DNA from: a virus
Lineage: Duplodnaviria > Caudoviricetes
Strand: one strand, 5' to 3'
DNA length: 64,000 nt
IMG/VR virus record: IMGVR_UViG_3300032138_000009
Location: 1 to 64,000 of that record
Translations under genes and position numbers: made by a program
Shown here: piece by piece, positions 1 through 7,551 of the stretch
Layout of the letters: every line of letters starts with the position of its first letter
Numbering within the stretch: position 1 is the first letter of the stretch
Notes under the pieces: generated by a model
The model's database searches: none
The model's input: only the letters and a program-made list of their open reading frames with translations
What the model was told of the DNA's origin: nothing

Positions 1-471
1 TGTAATGATTTCGATGGTGGTACAACTTTGCTGGACTACAAGACCAGTAAGCGCTATGGTGCATACCTCCCAGAGGATTATTATCGCCAGCTGATTATCT
101 ACGCATTCTTGTACACATTAGAGATGGGCGAGATGCCGAAGTTTGTGGGCGTTAATTACCTTCGCTTTGATGATACCTTCTTTGTGAAAGTTACACAGAG
201 CGTGCTTGATGAAGCCAAGGACTTAATTAAGATGGTACACAACTGTTTAAAAGAGCGTGAGGAATATGAGGAACGCTATGAACAGAAACCCCAGAATCTT
301 TGTAAGTGGTGTTCGTTTAATAAGCAACACAACGGTGGACCGTGCGACGTGGTAATTCCTAAATGGAAACCTAAGTTTAAGAAAAGTAAAGAGACATATG
401 CAGATATTGATACAAAGATGAAGGGACAAATAGAGCTTGATAACCAAGAACAGTTTCCCGAGTTTGATTAA
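1..471 (+). CDS. Cas4-like/RecB-family PD-(D/E)XK nuclease, 5' truncated by window edge
   Basis: Frame open from base 1 (CNDFDGGTTLLDYKTSK); DYK motif, RQLIIYA motif, C-terminal CKWC...C Fe-S ligands. Confidence 0.8.
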   Translation, partial: CNDFDGGTTLLDYKTSKRYGAYLPEDYYRQLIIYAFLYTLEMGEMPKFVGVNYLRFDDTFFVKVTQSVLDEAKDLIKMVHNCLKEREEYEERYEQKPQNLCKWCSFNKQHNGGPCDVVIPKWKPKFKKSKETYADIDTKMKGQIELDNQEQFPEFD

Positions 472-479
472 GAGTAATC

Positions 480-488
480 TTTATATAT
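480..488 (+). promoter_or_regulatory. Archaeal TATA box (CTTTATATA), probably leaderless transcript
   Basis: Intergenic; ATG at 510 lies 22 nt downstream; same motif at 2398, 4956, 27999 and 52030(-). Confidence 0.7.
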
Positions 489-509
489 GTCCTCGTTCTA
501 AGAAATTAC

Positions 510-1460
510 ATGGCGCGCGATGATTATGGAGCCATAAACGTGATTTCTGAGGAGGAACGCGAAATCCTAGGCATAGGAGGCTCCAAGAAACCTGAAGAGG
601 ATGACGAAAAGTTATTCGAGACTATCGGTAAAGCTGCTGATAAGATTGGGGAGACCCAAGTAGGTAAGAAGATAGGAACTATAATCACTATCGTGTTGCT
701 AGCGCTTCTGAGTGGGGGGGCCAACATGTCTATCATTCACGATTACTTTAATGGTGATGAAGATATTGGTCCCATCGGGGGCTGTCTACAGACAGACGCC
801 ACCAATTATAACCCACAAGCTACATTCGACGACGGAAGTTGTAACTTTTTAGTTATTATATATGGTTGCACTAATCCCGAAGCTGAAAACTATGATGAGC
901 AAGCTACACATGATGATGGACGTTGCGTAATTTTAAACGACGGTAATGGTAGTGCAAATGAAACAGCTGCTATCTATGGTTGTATGGATATAGATGCTAA
1001 TAATTATGATGACAAAGCTACTGAAGATGATGGTTCATGTGATTATGAGGATGAATATGAAGAACCTGAATGTAATTCTACATCAGTACTTTTTTACCCC
1101 GGCTGGTATGACCAAGAAACAGAAAATATGTCTGTTTACTGGGTGAACGAAACAGCTGAAGGTATATCCGTATTAACAGATATAGATGCTGAGTGTAGTG
1201 ATTATGATGCATCTGTGTTAGTTTATGTGGACGTATGGCACGAAGAGTCTGGTGATTATAATTGGACAGACATATATATGACTGTTAGTGGTGATAATTG
1301 GGATGACCACTGGTTTAATTTCACTTTCGAAGAACTTAACGAAACAGAAGGTGATTGGGCTATGTGGGTAGCATTACTCGTATGGGACGAGGTAGATGAA
1401 ACATATATATTCCAACAACAATTTGAAATCCCAATGATACGAGTGGAGGCTCCTGAATAA
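510..1460 (+). CDS. Type II membrane surface protein with three Cys-paired DDGSC repeats and acidic beta-rich C-terminal domain
   Basis: TM segment IGTIITIVLLALLSGG; repeats IYGCTNPEAENYDEQATHDDGRC etc.; 9 N-X-S/T sequons after the TM. Confidence 0.75.
   Translation: MARDDYGAINVISEEEREILGIGGSKKPEEDDEKLFETIGKAADKIGETQVGKKIGTIITIVLLALLSGGANMSIIHDYFNGDEDIGPIGGCLQTDATNYNPQATFDDGSCNFLVIIYGCTNPEAENYDEQATHDDGRCVILNDGNGSANETAAIYGCMDIDANNYDDKATEDDGSCDYEDEYEEPECNSTSVLFYPGWYDQETENMSVYWVNETAEGISVLTDIDAECSDYDASVLVYVDVWHEESGDYNWTDIYMTVSGDNWDDHWFNFTFEELNETEGDWAMWVALLVWDEVDETYIFQQQFEIPMIRVEAPE
774..1040 (+). repeat. Three intragenic GC-x5-NY-x3-AT-x-DDG(S/R)C repeats
   Basis: IGGCLQTDATNYNPQATFDDGSC / IYGCTNPEAENYDEQATHDDGRC / IYGCMDIDANNYDDKATEDDGSC. 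Confidence 0.9.
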
Positions 1461-1525
1461 TGTGTTGCATAGACTGTGGTTGTTGTAACAAATGTGCGTG
1501 CCCATGTTGTAAGGAGGAGTCGTGA
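1460..1525 (+). CDS. 21-aa Cys-rich metallothionein-like micropeptide MCCIDCGCCNKCACPCCKEES
   Basis: Not in ORF track; TAATG coupling to upstream stop and GTGA coupling to the next start; 9 of 21 residues Cys. Confidence 0.65.
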   Translation: MCCIDCGCCNKCACPCCKEES

Positions 1526-1656
1526 ACGCAACAGATATGTTGCATTTAACAAACAAATTAGATATGATATTATCAACAGTAGATGATATTAAACAGATGC
1601 TGGTCAAACAGCAGATGTTAAAATATGAAGAATTAAAAGAGGAATTAAATGAGTAA
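1522..1656 (+). CDS. 44-aa coiled-coil micro-protein
   Basis: GTG start with AGGAGG SD at 1512-1517; (M)NATDMLHLTNKLDMILSTVDDIKQMLVKQQMLKYEELKEELNE; overlaps next start. Confidence 0.6.
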   Translation: MNATDMLHLTNKLDMILSTVDDIKQMLVKQQMLKYEELKEELNE

Positions 1657-1975
1657 TCATAAGAAAGATGCAGCAAACCCTGATGGGAACTTCGCTAACT
1701 TCATGATGATGTTAGTAGCAGCACCAGTCGTAATGGCTTGGGTAGGACTATCTATATTCTTAGTAACAATGGCATTCCGTCACCCAGAGATAGTAGAAGA
1801 TATAGAATCTTATAAGTCAGTATTACTAATCATAGGGTCACCTGCATTAGTTATTATATATAAGGTATTAGAGTTATGGACTGCTCAACAGAACAGTCAG
1901 ATAGAACAAACAAGAAAGGGTACATTCCGTAATGGGGATGACCATGAACACGAAGAAGAGGAAATAAAAAAATGA
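1649..1975 (+). CDS. Two-TM membrane protein, holin-like topology
   Basis: Two hydrophobic helices and a highly charged C-terminal tail (DDHEHEEEEIKK). Confidence 0.6.
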   Translation: MSNHKKDAANPDGNFANFMMMLVAAPVVMAWVGLSIFLVTMAFRHPEIVEDIESYKSVLLIIGSPALVIIYKVLELWTAQQNSQIEQTRKGTFRNGDDHEHEEEEIKK

Positions 1976-2079
1976 ACGACTTTGAAGTAAAAGAGTTGTA
2001 CGACCAAGTACAAAAAATGCAAGAGCAATTGAATGCACTGAAAGAAAGCAACTGTAAATGTTGCGAGGAGAAACTATGA
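1972..2079 (+). CDS. 35-aa coiled-coil micro-protein with CKCC tail
   Basis: ATGA overlaps at both ends; MNDFEVKELYDQVQKMQEQLNALKESNCKCCEEKL. Confidence 0.6.
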   Translation: MNDFEVKELYDQVQKMQEQLNALKESNCKCCEEKL

Positions 2080-2390
2080 CAGAAGAAGTAACAACAGCAT
2101 GTAAAGCAGCAAAAACGGCTGTAACAGCAGCAGAAGGAATATTAGCAACAGCGGTAGCAGCAGCGGCAGTAACAGCGGCAGCAATACCACCGTTAGCAGC
2201 AGATGAAGCAGCAGCAGCAGTTGCAGCAGGAGCAGAACTAGGACTTAATCCAGCTGCCGATGCATGGTTAGCCGCAGCAACAGCAGCTCTAGCCGCAGCA
2301 ACAACAGCAAATGCAAATGCAGACGCAGCAGTAGTAGTTGCGACAGCAGGAGTAGGCGCAGCTAAAACGGCAGAGACCGCAGCCTGTTAG
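2076..2390 (+). CDS. Ala-rich (47/104) helical protein
   Basis: ATG at 2076 with GAGGAG SD and ATGA overlap (track start 2058 is upstream); GCA-rich codons. Confidence 0.7.
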   Translation: MTEEVTTACKAAKTAVTAAEGILATAVAAAAVTAAAIPPLAADEAAAAVAAGAELGLNPAADAWLAAATAALAAATTANANADAAVVVATAGVGAAKTAETAAC

Positions 2391-2397
2391 AAGTAAA

Positions 2398-2427
2398 CTT
2401 TATATAGGTAGAGATTCTACCTGTATA
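2398..2427 (+). promoter_or_regulatory. TATA box with overlapping inverted repeat (AGGTAGA-gat-TCTACCT), possible operator
   Basis: CTTTATATA 2398-2406; arms at 2406-2412 and 2416-2422, extendable to 2401-2427. Confidence 0.6.
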
Positions 2428-2428
2428 T

Positions 2429-2491
2429 GGGCTCTCGCTGAAGGGCCAAGGCTCCACAGGATACTTAACGCAAGTGCCATCGTGGGAGCCC
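2429..2491 (+). ncRNA. Structured 5' leader / small RNA, unclassified
   Basis: GC-rich island starting at the predicted TSS; GGGCTCTC (2429-2436) pairs with GGGAGCCC (2484-2491); internal hairpins. Confidence 0.5.
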
Positions 2492-2507
2492 CAACATGGA
2501 GAAAACT

Positions 2508-2978
2508 ATGTCAAATAACACAACAAACGAAACAAGCAACAACAATACTGCATTGGATACAAATCAGACTGCAAATGATACAAATACAACCAGTAATGTT
2601 ACTGCAAATGATGTAAGCGAATCTGGAATGTTAGATGGTCTAATGGATGCATTACAAGACTCACCCGAGCTTATGCTCGCGGTTGCAGTTATAGGAGCAC
2701 TAGTTGCTTATATTGCATACACTGTACCAGCAGTTAGGATGATGGTTATGCCATATCTTAAGAAATACGATGAAGAAATTCTCGAATTATTAGATAAGAA
2801 CCTAACAGCAGCACAGGTTAAAGCTTACGAGAAGCTGGATGAAGCAGCTCAAAAGCATGTAAAAGATGCAATGCTCAGAAATGTAATAATGTCTGCATAC
2901 GACCAAAACGATGATAAATTCGTAGCCGTCGTTAAGACAGAAGCAAAAGACGCTTTAGCAGAAGCTAAAAAGCTTTGA
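2508..2978 (+). CDS. Single-TM membrane glycoprotein with sequon-rich N-terminus
   Basis: GGAG SD before ATG 2508; 8 N-X-T sequons in first 32 aa; TM LMLAVAVIGALVAYIAYTV; helical C-terminal domain. Confidence 0.7.
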   Translation: MSNNTTNETSNNNTALDTNQTANDTNTTSNVTANDVSESGMLDGLMDALQDSPELMLAVAVIGALVAYIAYTVPAVRMMVMPYLKKYDEEILELLDKNLTAAQVKAYEKLDEAAQKHVKDAMLRNVIMSAYDQNDDKFVAVVKTEAKDALAEAKKL

Positions 2979-3322
2979 ACGAAGTAGAATATGAGCAGCG
3001 GTTACGCCAGCGGGTAGGAGAAGGAGAATATGAACGTCATAAAGAACTTGTACGCTTGCTGGCTCGCAATCTCGCTCTTGAAGATATTTTGTGGGAAGAA
3101 ATTACTATACATATTCGGGACATTAACTTACGAACAGAGCTCTTGCGACAAAGAAATTCAATCGTTCGTGACATACATACGGAATTCAGAGCGTTAAATA
3201 TAGAGATACCTACAGTATTAGAGACTACAACTGAAGGTTTCGCTAGCTTTTTAGAGGATTTAAACGATGACAACACAAGTGAAGAACGAATCGAAGAAAC
3301 TACAAGCAGCACTGACAGGTAA
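2975..3322 (+). CDS. Probable terminase small subunit
   Basis: TTG start coupled by TTGA overlap; helical 115 aa directly upstream of and overlapping TerL. Confidence 0.55.
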   Translation: MNEVEYEQRLRQRVGEGEYERHKELVRLLARNLALEDILWEEITIHIRDINLRTELLRQRNSIVRDIHTEFRALNIEIPTVLETTTEGFASFLEDLNDDNTSEERIEETTSSTDR

Positions 3323-4949
3323 AGGTGTACATGATTCAAGAGCTTTAGAGAATATATTCGAAGATTGTAGACACAGTGAAGAAAAAATGAAAAAATTGAT
3401 ACGTGCCTTCTGTGGTGCATATCTATTAGACAATAAACAACGCCCTTTACAACTAAGACCACTTCAAGAAATCATAGTTGTTAAGTCGTTAACTCATCCT
3501 AAACACAGTAAACAAAGAAAATTAGCTATTCTAGCTCCAAGAGGTAGTGGAAAATCATACGCACTCGCTGTTGCGGCTACAATATATATGTTTTTTAAGA
3601 GATTTAGAGATTTAATCTTTGTTTTGGCTCCATCAGAGGACCAAGCAGCATTAATCTTTGGATATATCTATAGAAATTTTAAAGATAATAAGTTCTTAGA
3701 TAGCTTAGTAGATAATTATAAATTTCACAATAAGCCCCATATACGCATGAAGGGGGGTACAATGTTGCGTAGAGCTCCATTAGCGCCTAGTAATCAAGGT
3801 CAATCCATACGTGGGCAACACCCTACGTTCTGTATTGTTGATGAGTCCCCACTCATCGACGATAAATTGTTCATTGATAATGTAGAACCAGCGATAGTTT
3901 CAAATATGGCCCCTTTCATAAATTTAGGTACACCAAAGTCTAAAGACAACCATATGCATCGTTATTTATATGATGACGCTTATGCAGAAACATGGACACG
4001 GTTACATTTTACATGGAGAGATGCAGTGGAAACAGGTGATGCTTATTCACCAGCATATACTGAAGAAGATATGTTAACTAAAATGATGGAGTGGGGTGAA
4101 GACTCTATTTACTGGAGAACTGAATATGAATGTGAATTTGTGGAAAGTATTTCGAATGTATTTAATCCAGAAAAAGTTAAGGGATGTTATGATGACTACG
4201 AACTCTACGAACCGGGAACCTATGAGCATGGCGGCAAAAATTGCACTGTTGCTGTTGACATTGGGAAATCTGTCAATAGTACTGTTATTAGTGTTTGGGC
4301 TAGGGAGCAAGATGAATTCGGGGATATCGCACGTCTCATATATCTTGAGGAAATCAATCCTAGAACCGGTGGGCATGACATACCATATCAACGAAAACGT
4401 ATTATGGATATTGCTCGTGGTTTTAGCGTTGGTCAGGTTATTATTGATGCTACGGGGATTGGTGGTGCTATTGAGCAGGACATCAGATTAGAGTGTATTC
4501 AAAGTACCCCTCAGATTCATTTTTTACCATTTATATTTACAGGAGGACCCAGAGGAAGTAAAACTCAAATATATAGAGATTATGTTTCCTTTATGCAACA
4601 ACGTAAGATTAAAGTTCCCAATCCAGAACCATTAGATATGGTGTCTCGTAAAGTGATTAATAAATGGTTTAGGGAACATGTTGATTTAGAATATGTTATG
4701 GATGCTGCTAATAAGACAGAACGCATTAGCGCACCCGATACTAAACATGACGATTACTGTGATAGTTCAGTTTTAGGTATACATGCAACTTTAGCTATGT
4801 TACCCGGTACTGCAACGGTGGCTGCTTCCCAATCTGGTCAATCTAGAGCTAATCAGCAACTAAATTCTAATATAGGCAGACATTCAGGAGTTTCCCTTTT
4901 TAGAACAAAAGGACGTAATTTCAATCCAAAAGGTAAGTTTTCATTATGA
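3267..4949 (+). CDS. terL: Terminase large subunit
   Basis: Walker A APRGSGKS, Walker B CIVDES, RNase H-like nuclease VAVDIG ... HDDYCDS. Confidence 0.95.
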   Translation: MTTQVKNESKKLQAALTGKGVHDSRALENIFEDCRHSEEKMKKLIRAFCGAYLLDNKQRPLQLRPLQEIIVVKSLTHPKHSKQRKLAILAPRGSGKSYALAVAATIYMFFKRFRDLIFVLAPSEDQAALIFGYIYRNFKDNKFLDSLVDNYKFHNKPHIRMKGGTMLRRAPLAPSNQGQSIRGQHPTFCIVDESPLIDDKLFIDNVEPAIVSNMAPFINLGTPKSKDNHMHRYLYDDAYAETWTRLHFTWRDAVETGDAYSPAYTEEDMLTKMMEWGEDSIYWRTEYECEFVESISNVFNPEKVKGCYDDYELYEPGTYEHGGKNCTVAVDIGKSVNSTVISVWAREQDEFGDIARLIYLEEINPRTGGHDIPYQRKRIMDIARGFSVGQVIIDATGIGGAIEQDIRLECIQSTPQIHFLPFIFTGGPRGSKTQIYRDYVSFMQQRKIKVPNPEPLDMVSRKVINKWFREHVDLEYVMDAANKTERISAPDTKHDDYCDSSVLGIHATLAMLPGTATVAASQSGQSRANQQLNSNIGRHSGVSLFRTKGRNFNPKGKFSL

Positions 4950-4955
4950 CGAAAT

Positions 4956-4964
4956 CTTTATATA
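4956..4964 (+). promoter_or_regulatory. TATA box for head operon
   Basis: CTTTATATA between TerL and portal. Confidence 0.65.
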
Positions 4965-4994
4965 CTGATACCAATTACTATTTAAGTGGTAGCC

Positions 4995-6287
4995 ATGGCG
5001 ATTTTTGACAGAGTACGAAGAGCTTTCGCCACAACCGGAAGCGAACCTCCCTTTAAAGAGGATGACCCAGTAAGTTTTGGAGCAGGTATAATCAAACGAT
5101 TAAACCTATCTAATAACTTTTCTTATGGGACTAAAAAGAAGTATGAAGAACATTTAGGAAGACCTAGAATATATATGGACGTATATCTATCTGACCCTAT
5201 AGTTAGAAGTTTGATAGACCTTCCTTGTTTTTATGCAGTTAAGGATAATTTTGATATCGTAACAGATGACGATGATAAAAGAGAACGCATAGAAGAAATG
5301 TTTAGAGATATAAACATAGAGAATATTTTATATGGTTGGGTTAGGAACGCCAGAATTTTTGGAACAGGCTACTTAGAATGGACTGGAGATAATCTAGTTT
5401 TACGTTCTAGCCAGAATATGTATGTCCAAAGAAATGAACATGGACAAATTAAATACTATTATCAAGATATTGGTGATGATAAAGATAATATTCATTTTGA
5501 ACCTGAAGAAATATGTGCTTTATTAAATAACCCTTTTGATGATTACGCGTATGGGTTATCAGATATTCACCCTATTCTTTATTTAATAGATTTAAAAGAT
5601 TATGCAGAAAGAGATATAGGAGCTGCTTTGAATAAATACGCTTCGTCTCGATTTGATATATCGTGTGGTTTACCAGATATGCCTTACGGACCTGATAAGA
5701 TTAATGAAGTAGTAGATGCTTTTAACAACTTAGCTCCGGGCGAAGATATCATTCACGGTAATGATATAGAAATTAAAGAACTTCAAGGTACTCAACGTGC
5801 CTTTGAGTATGGTAAATATACAGACGATATATTAGATAAAATACATATGGCACTAAAGGTCCCTAAAACTATGTGGACCGACCCAGATAAGGCTCGTCCA
5901 ATTTTCGAACCTTATGTAAGATATCTACAAACTATGATTGAATCTGCTTTGAATGCCCAGTTAATGCCTCAAATAGAGGATGGCGAAGCGAAATTTAAGT
6001 TTAGGCAAATTAATGTAGAAGACGCCTTTACTAAAGCAAAGACAGATATGATTTATTTATCTGAAGGAGTATTATCACCCGGCGAAGTTAGGGAAGAGAG
6101 AGGTCTCGACCCAGAAGGAGTAGTCGAATTAGATATGCTAAAGGACGTAGCTGTTAAACAAGCTGGACAATCGGATAAGAACGCTAATGTTTCTGGTGGA
6201 AAAGACACCGACAAGAAAGAAGAGAGCGCTAGAGCACAGAATCGTGGTAACCAACCCGCTGCCAATGCGACAGGAGATAGAGCATGA
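4995..6287 (+). CDS. Portal protein
   Basis: About 430 aa between TerL and protease; GTGYLE and PFDDYAYGLSDI segments; alternative GTG start at 4986. Confidence 0.85.
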   Translation: MAIFDRVRRAFATTGSEPPFKEDDPVSFGAGIIKRLNLSNNFSYGTKKKYEEHLGRPRIYMDVYLSDPIVRSLIDLPCFYAVKDNFDIVTDDDDKRERIEEMFRDINIENILYGWVRNARIFGTGYLEWTGDNLVLRSSQNMYVQRNEHGQIKYYYQDIGDDKDNIHFEPEEICALLNNPFDDYAYGLSDIHPILYLIDLKDYAERDIGAALNKYASSRFDISCGLPDMPYGPDKINEVVDAFNNLAPGEDIIHGNDIEIKELQGTQRAFEYGKYTDDILDKIHMALKVPKTMWTDPDKARPIFEPYVRYLQTMIESALNAQLMPQIEDGEAKFKFRQINVEDAFTKAKTDMIYLSEGVLSPGEVREERGLDPEGVVELDMLKDVAVKQAGQSDKNANVSGGKDTDKKEESARAQNRGNQPAANATGDRA

Positions 6288-7549
6288 GTTATGAAAAATG
6301 TGTAGTATCCGTAGGAGCTACCTTAAAAAAGCGTGGTGTTGATAATCACGAAGGGCTAGCTAGTTCTATGTGTAATACATGGGCGGACCAGAACGGTGTA
6401 GAGAGGGAGTTTGGGAGAACTCTAGTAGAAGGAGATAAAAGAAGGACCTTTGCTTTATCATTAGGAGAAAGCGAAGATATATCATTTACTGAAGAGGAAG
6501 GAGTACAAACAGCAACATTTCCTGTTATTGCTATAACTTCAGGGCCTCATGAGTATGAAGAAGATGATATACAGCAAAAGGTTTATATAGAACCTGAGGT
6601 GTTAAGAAAGGATATAGAAAGTTTTAAAGAGCTTCCTATATATCTGAACCATCAAAGGACATCAGACGATTTAATTGGCATGGCTGCTAATCCTGAGGTG
6701 TTTGAGATGGATAATGGAATGACCGCAATTAAGATGTTAGCTACTGTAGATAACAAAACTGAGAGTGGTAAAGAAGTGCTAGAAAAAGTAAAGGAAGGGG
6801 ATATGACTCATGTAAGCATTGATTGGTTTTCCAATGATGTAGATGTGATGGGTGATACATTCGCAACGAATATTCGCCCTACAGAGGTGAGTTTTATTGA
6901 TAATAATACAATGGACCCCGTCTGTAAGGAATGTACAATTGAAAATGATAATGAAACGTGTGATTTGCATGCTAAGAAAGATGACCACGACTGCGGTTGT
7001 GGAGGTCATGAAGGAGCGTGTGAATGTTCAGACGGGAAACAAGAGGTAATAAATATGACTGAAGAAACTCCTGTGAAATCCGAGGCAGAAAACATAGTCG
7101 AACGCGAATTTGCGTCACTACGTACACAACTTGAAGAAGCAACAGCTTCAAAAACGGAAATTGAATCCCAGTATAATGATGCTATGAAAGAAATCGAAGC
7201 ATTTAAATTAGCTGAGGAAGAGAGAGCCGCTAAAGAAGCAGAAGCTAGAAAAGTTGAAACCGTAGAAGCAATTATATCCAAAGAAATCTTATTCAATACA
7301 ATTGATGAAGACAAAAAGGATGCACGCGTCGAGGAATTAACTGCTTGGGATGAACCAAGGCTGACTGGTTTCAGCGAAGCTCTTGCTGCAATGCCGGTAC
7401 CTGAAGAGACCGAAAGAACCTTCGGAAAGGGTAAATCCAACGAGGGTGAAGAACTGTCTCCAACAGAGACCGAAAGGCAATTTGCAGTCAAGATGGACGA
7501 AAAAACTGGGCGATTTAAATTGAACCCAGAAGTACTAAGAGGTAATTAA
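6284..7549 (+). CDS. Prohead maturation protease fused to coiled-coil scaffold
   Basis: IYLNHQR (His) and HVSIDW (Ser) motifs, EVSF; C-terminal acidic coiled coil; precedes capsid genes. Confidence 0.8.
   Translation: MSYEKCVVSVGATLKKRGVDNHEGLASSMCNTWADQNGVEREFGRTLVEGDKRRTFALSLGESEDISFTEEEGVQTATFPVIAITSGPHEYEEDDIQQKVYIEPEVLRKDIESFKELPIYLNHQRTSDDLIGMAANPEVFEMDNGMTAIKMLATVDNKTESGKEVLEKVKEGDMTHVSIDWFSNDVDVMGDTFATNIRPTEVSFIDNNTMDPVCKECTIENDNETCDLHAKKDDHDCGCGGHEGACECSDGKQEVINMTEETPVKSEAENIVEREFASLRTQLEEATASKTEIESQYNDAMKEIEAFKLAEEERAAKEAEARKVETVEAIISKEILFNTIDEDKKDARVEELTAWDEPRLTGFSEALAAMPVPEETERTFGKGKSNEGEELSPTETERQFAVKMDEKTGRFKLNPEVLRGN
7055..7549 (+). CDS. Nested in-frame scaffolding protein (164 aa)
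   Basis: In-frame ATG in context aagaggtaataaatATG, nearly identical to the 7552 and 28812 initiation regions. Confidence 0.65.
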   Translation: MTEETPVKSEAENIVEREFASLRTQLEEATASKTEIESQYNDAMKEIEAFKLAEEERAAKEAEARKVETVEAIISKEILFNTIDEDKKDARVEELTAWDEPRLTGFSEALAAMPVPEETERTFGKGKSNEGEELSPTETERQFAVKMDEKTGRFKLNPEVLRGN

Positions 7550-7551
7550 AT

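Noticed and set aside
1-471. CRISPR-Cas locus suggested by the Cas4-like gene
   Set aside because: No repeat-spacer array or other cas genes seen; standalone Cas4-like nucleases are common in archaeal viruses
2076-2390. Type I antifreeze protein
   Set aside because: Thr 11-residue periodicity is only partial and broken by prolines; not supportable from sequence alone
2437-2483. Hammerhead ribozyme (CUGA in a three-way junction)
   Set aside because: CUGAAGG lacks A9 and there is no GAAA after stem II
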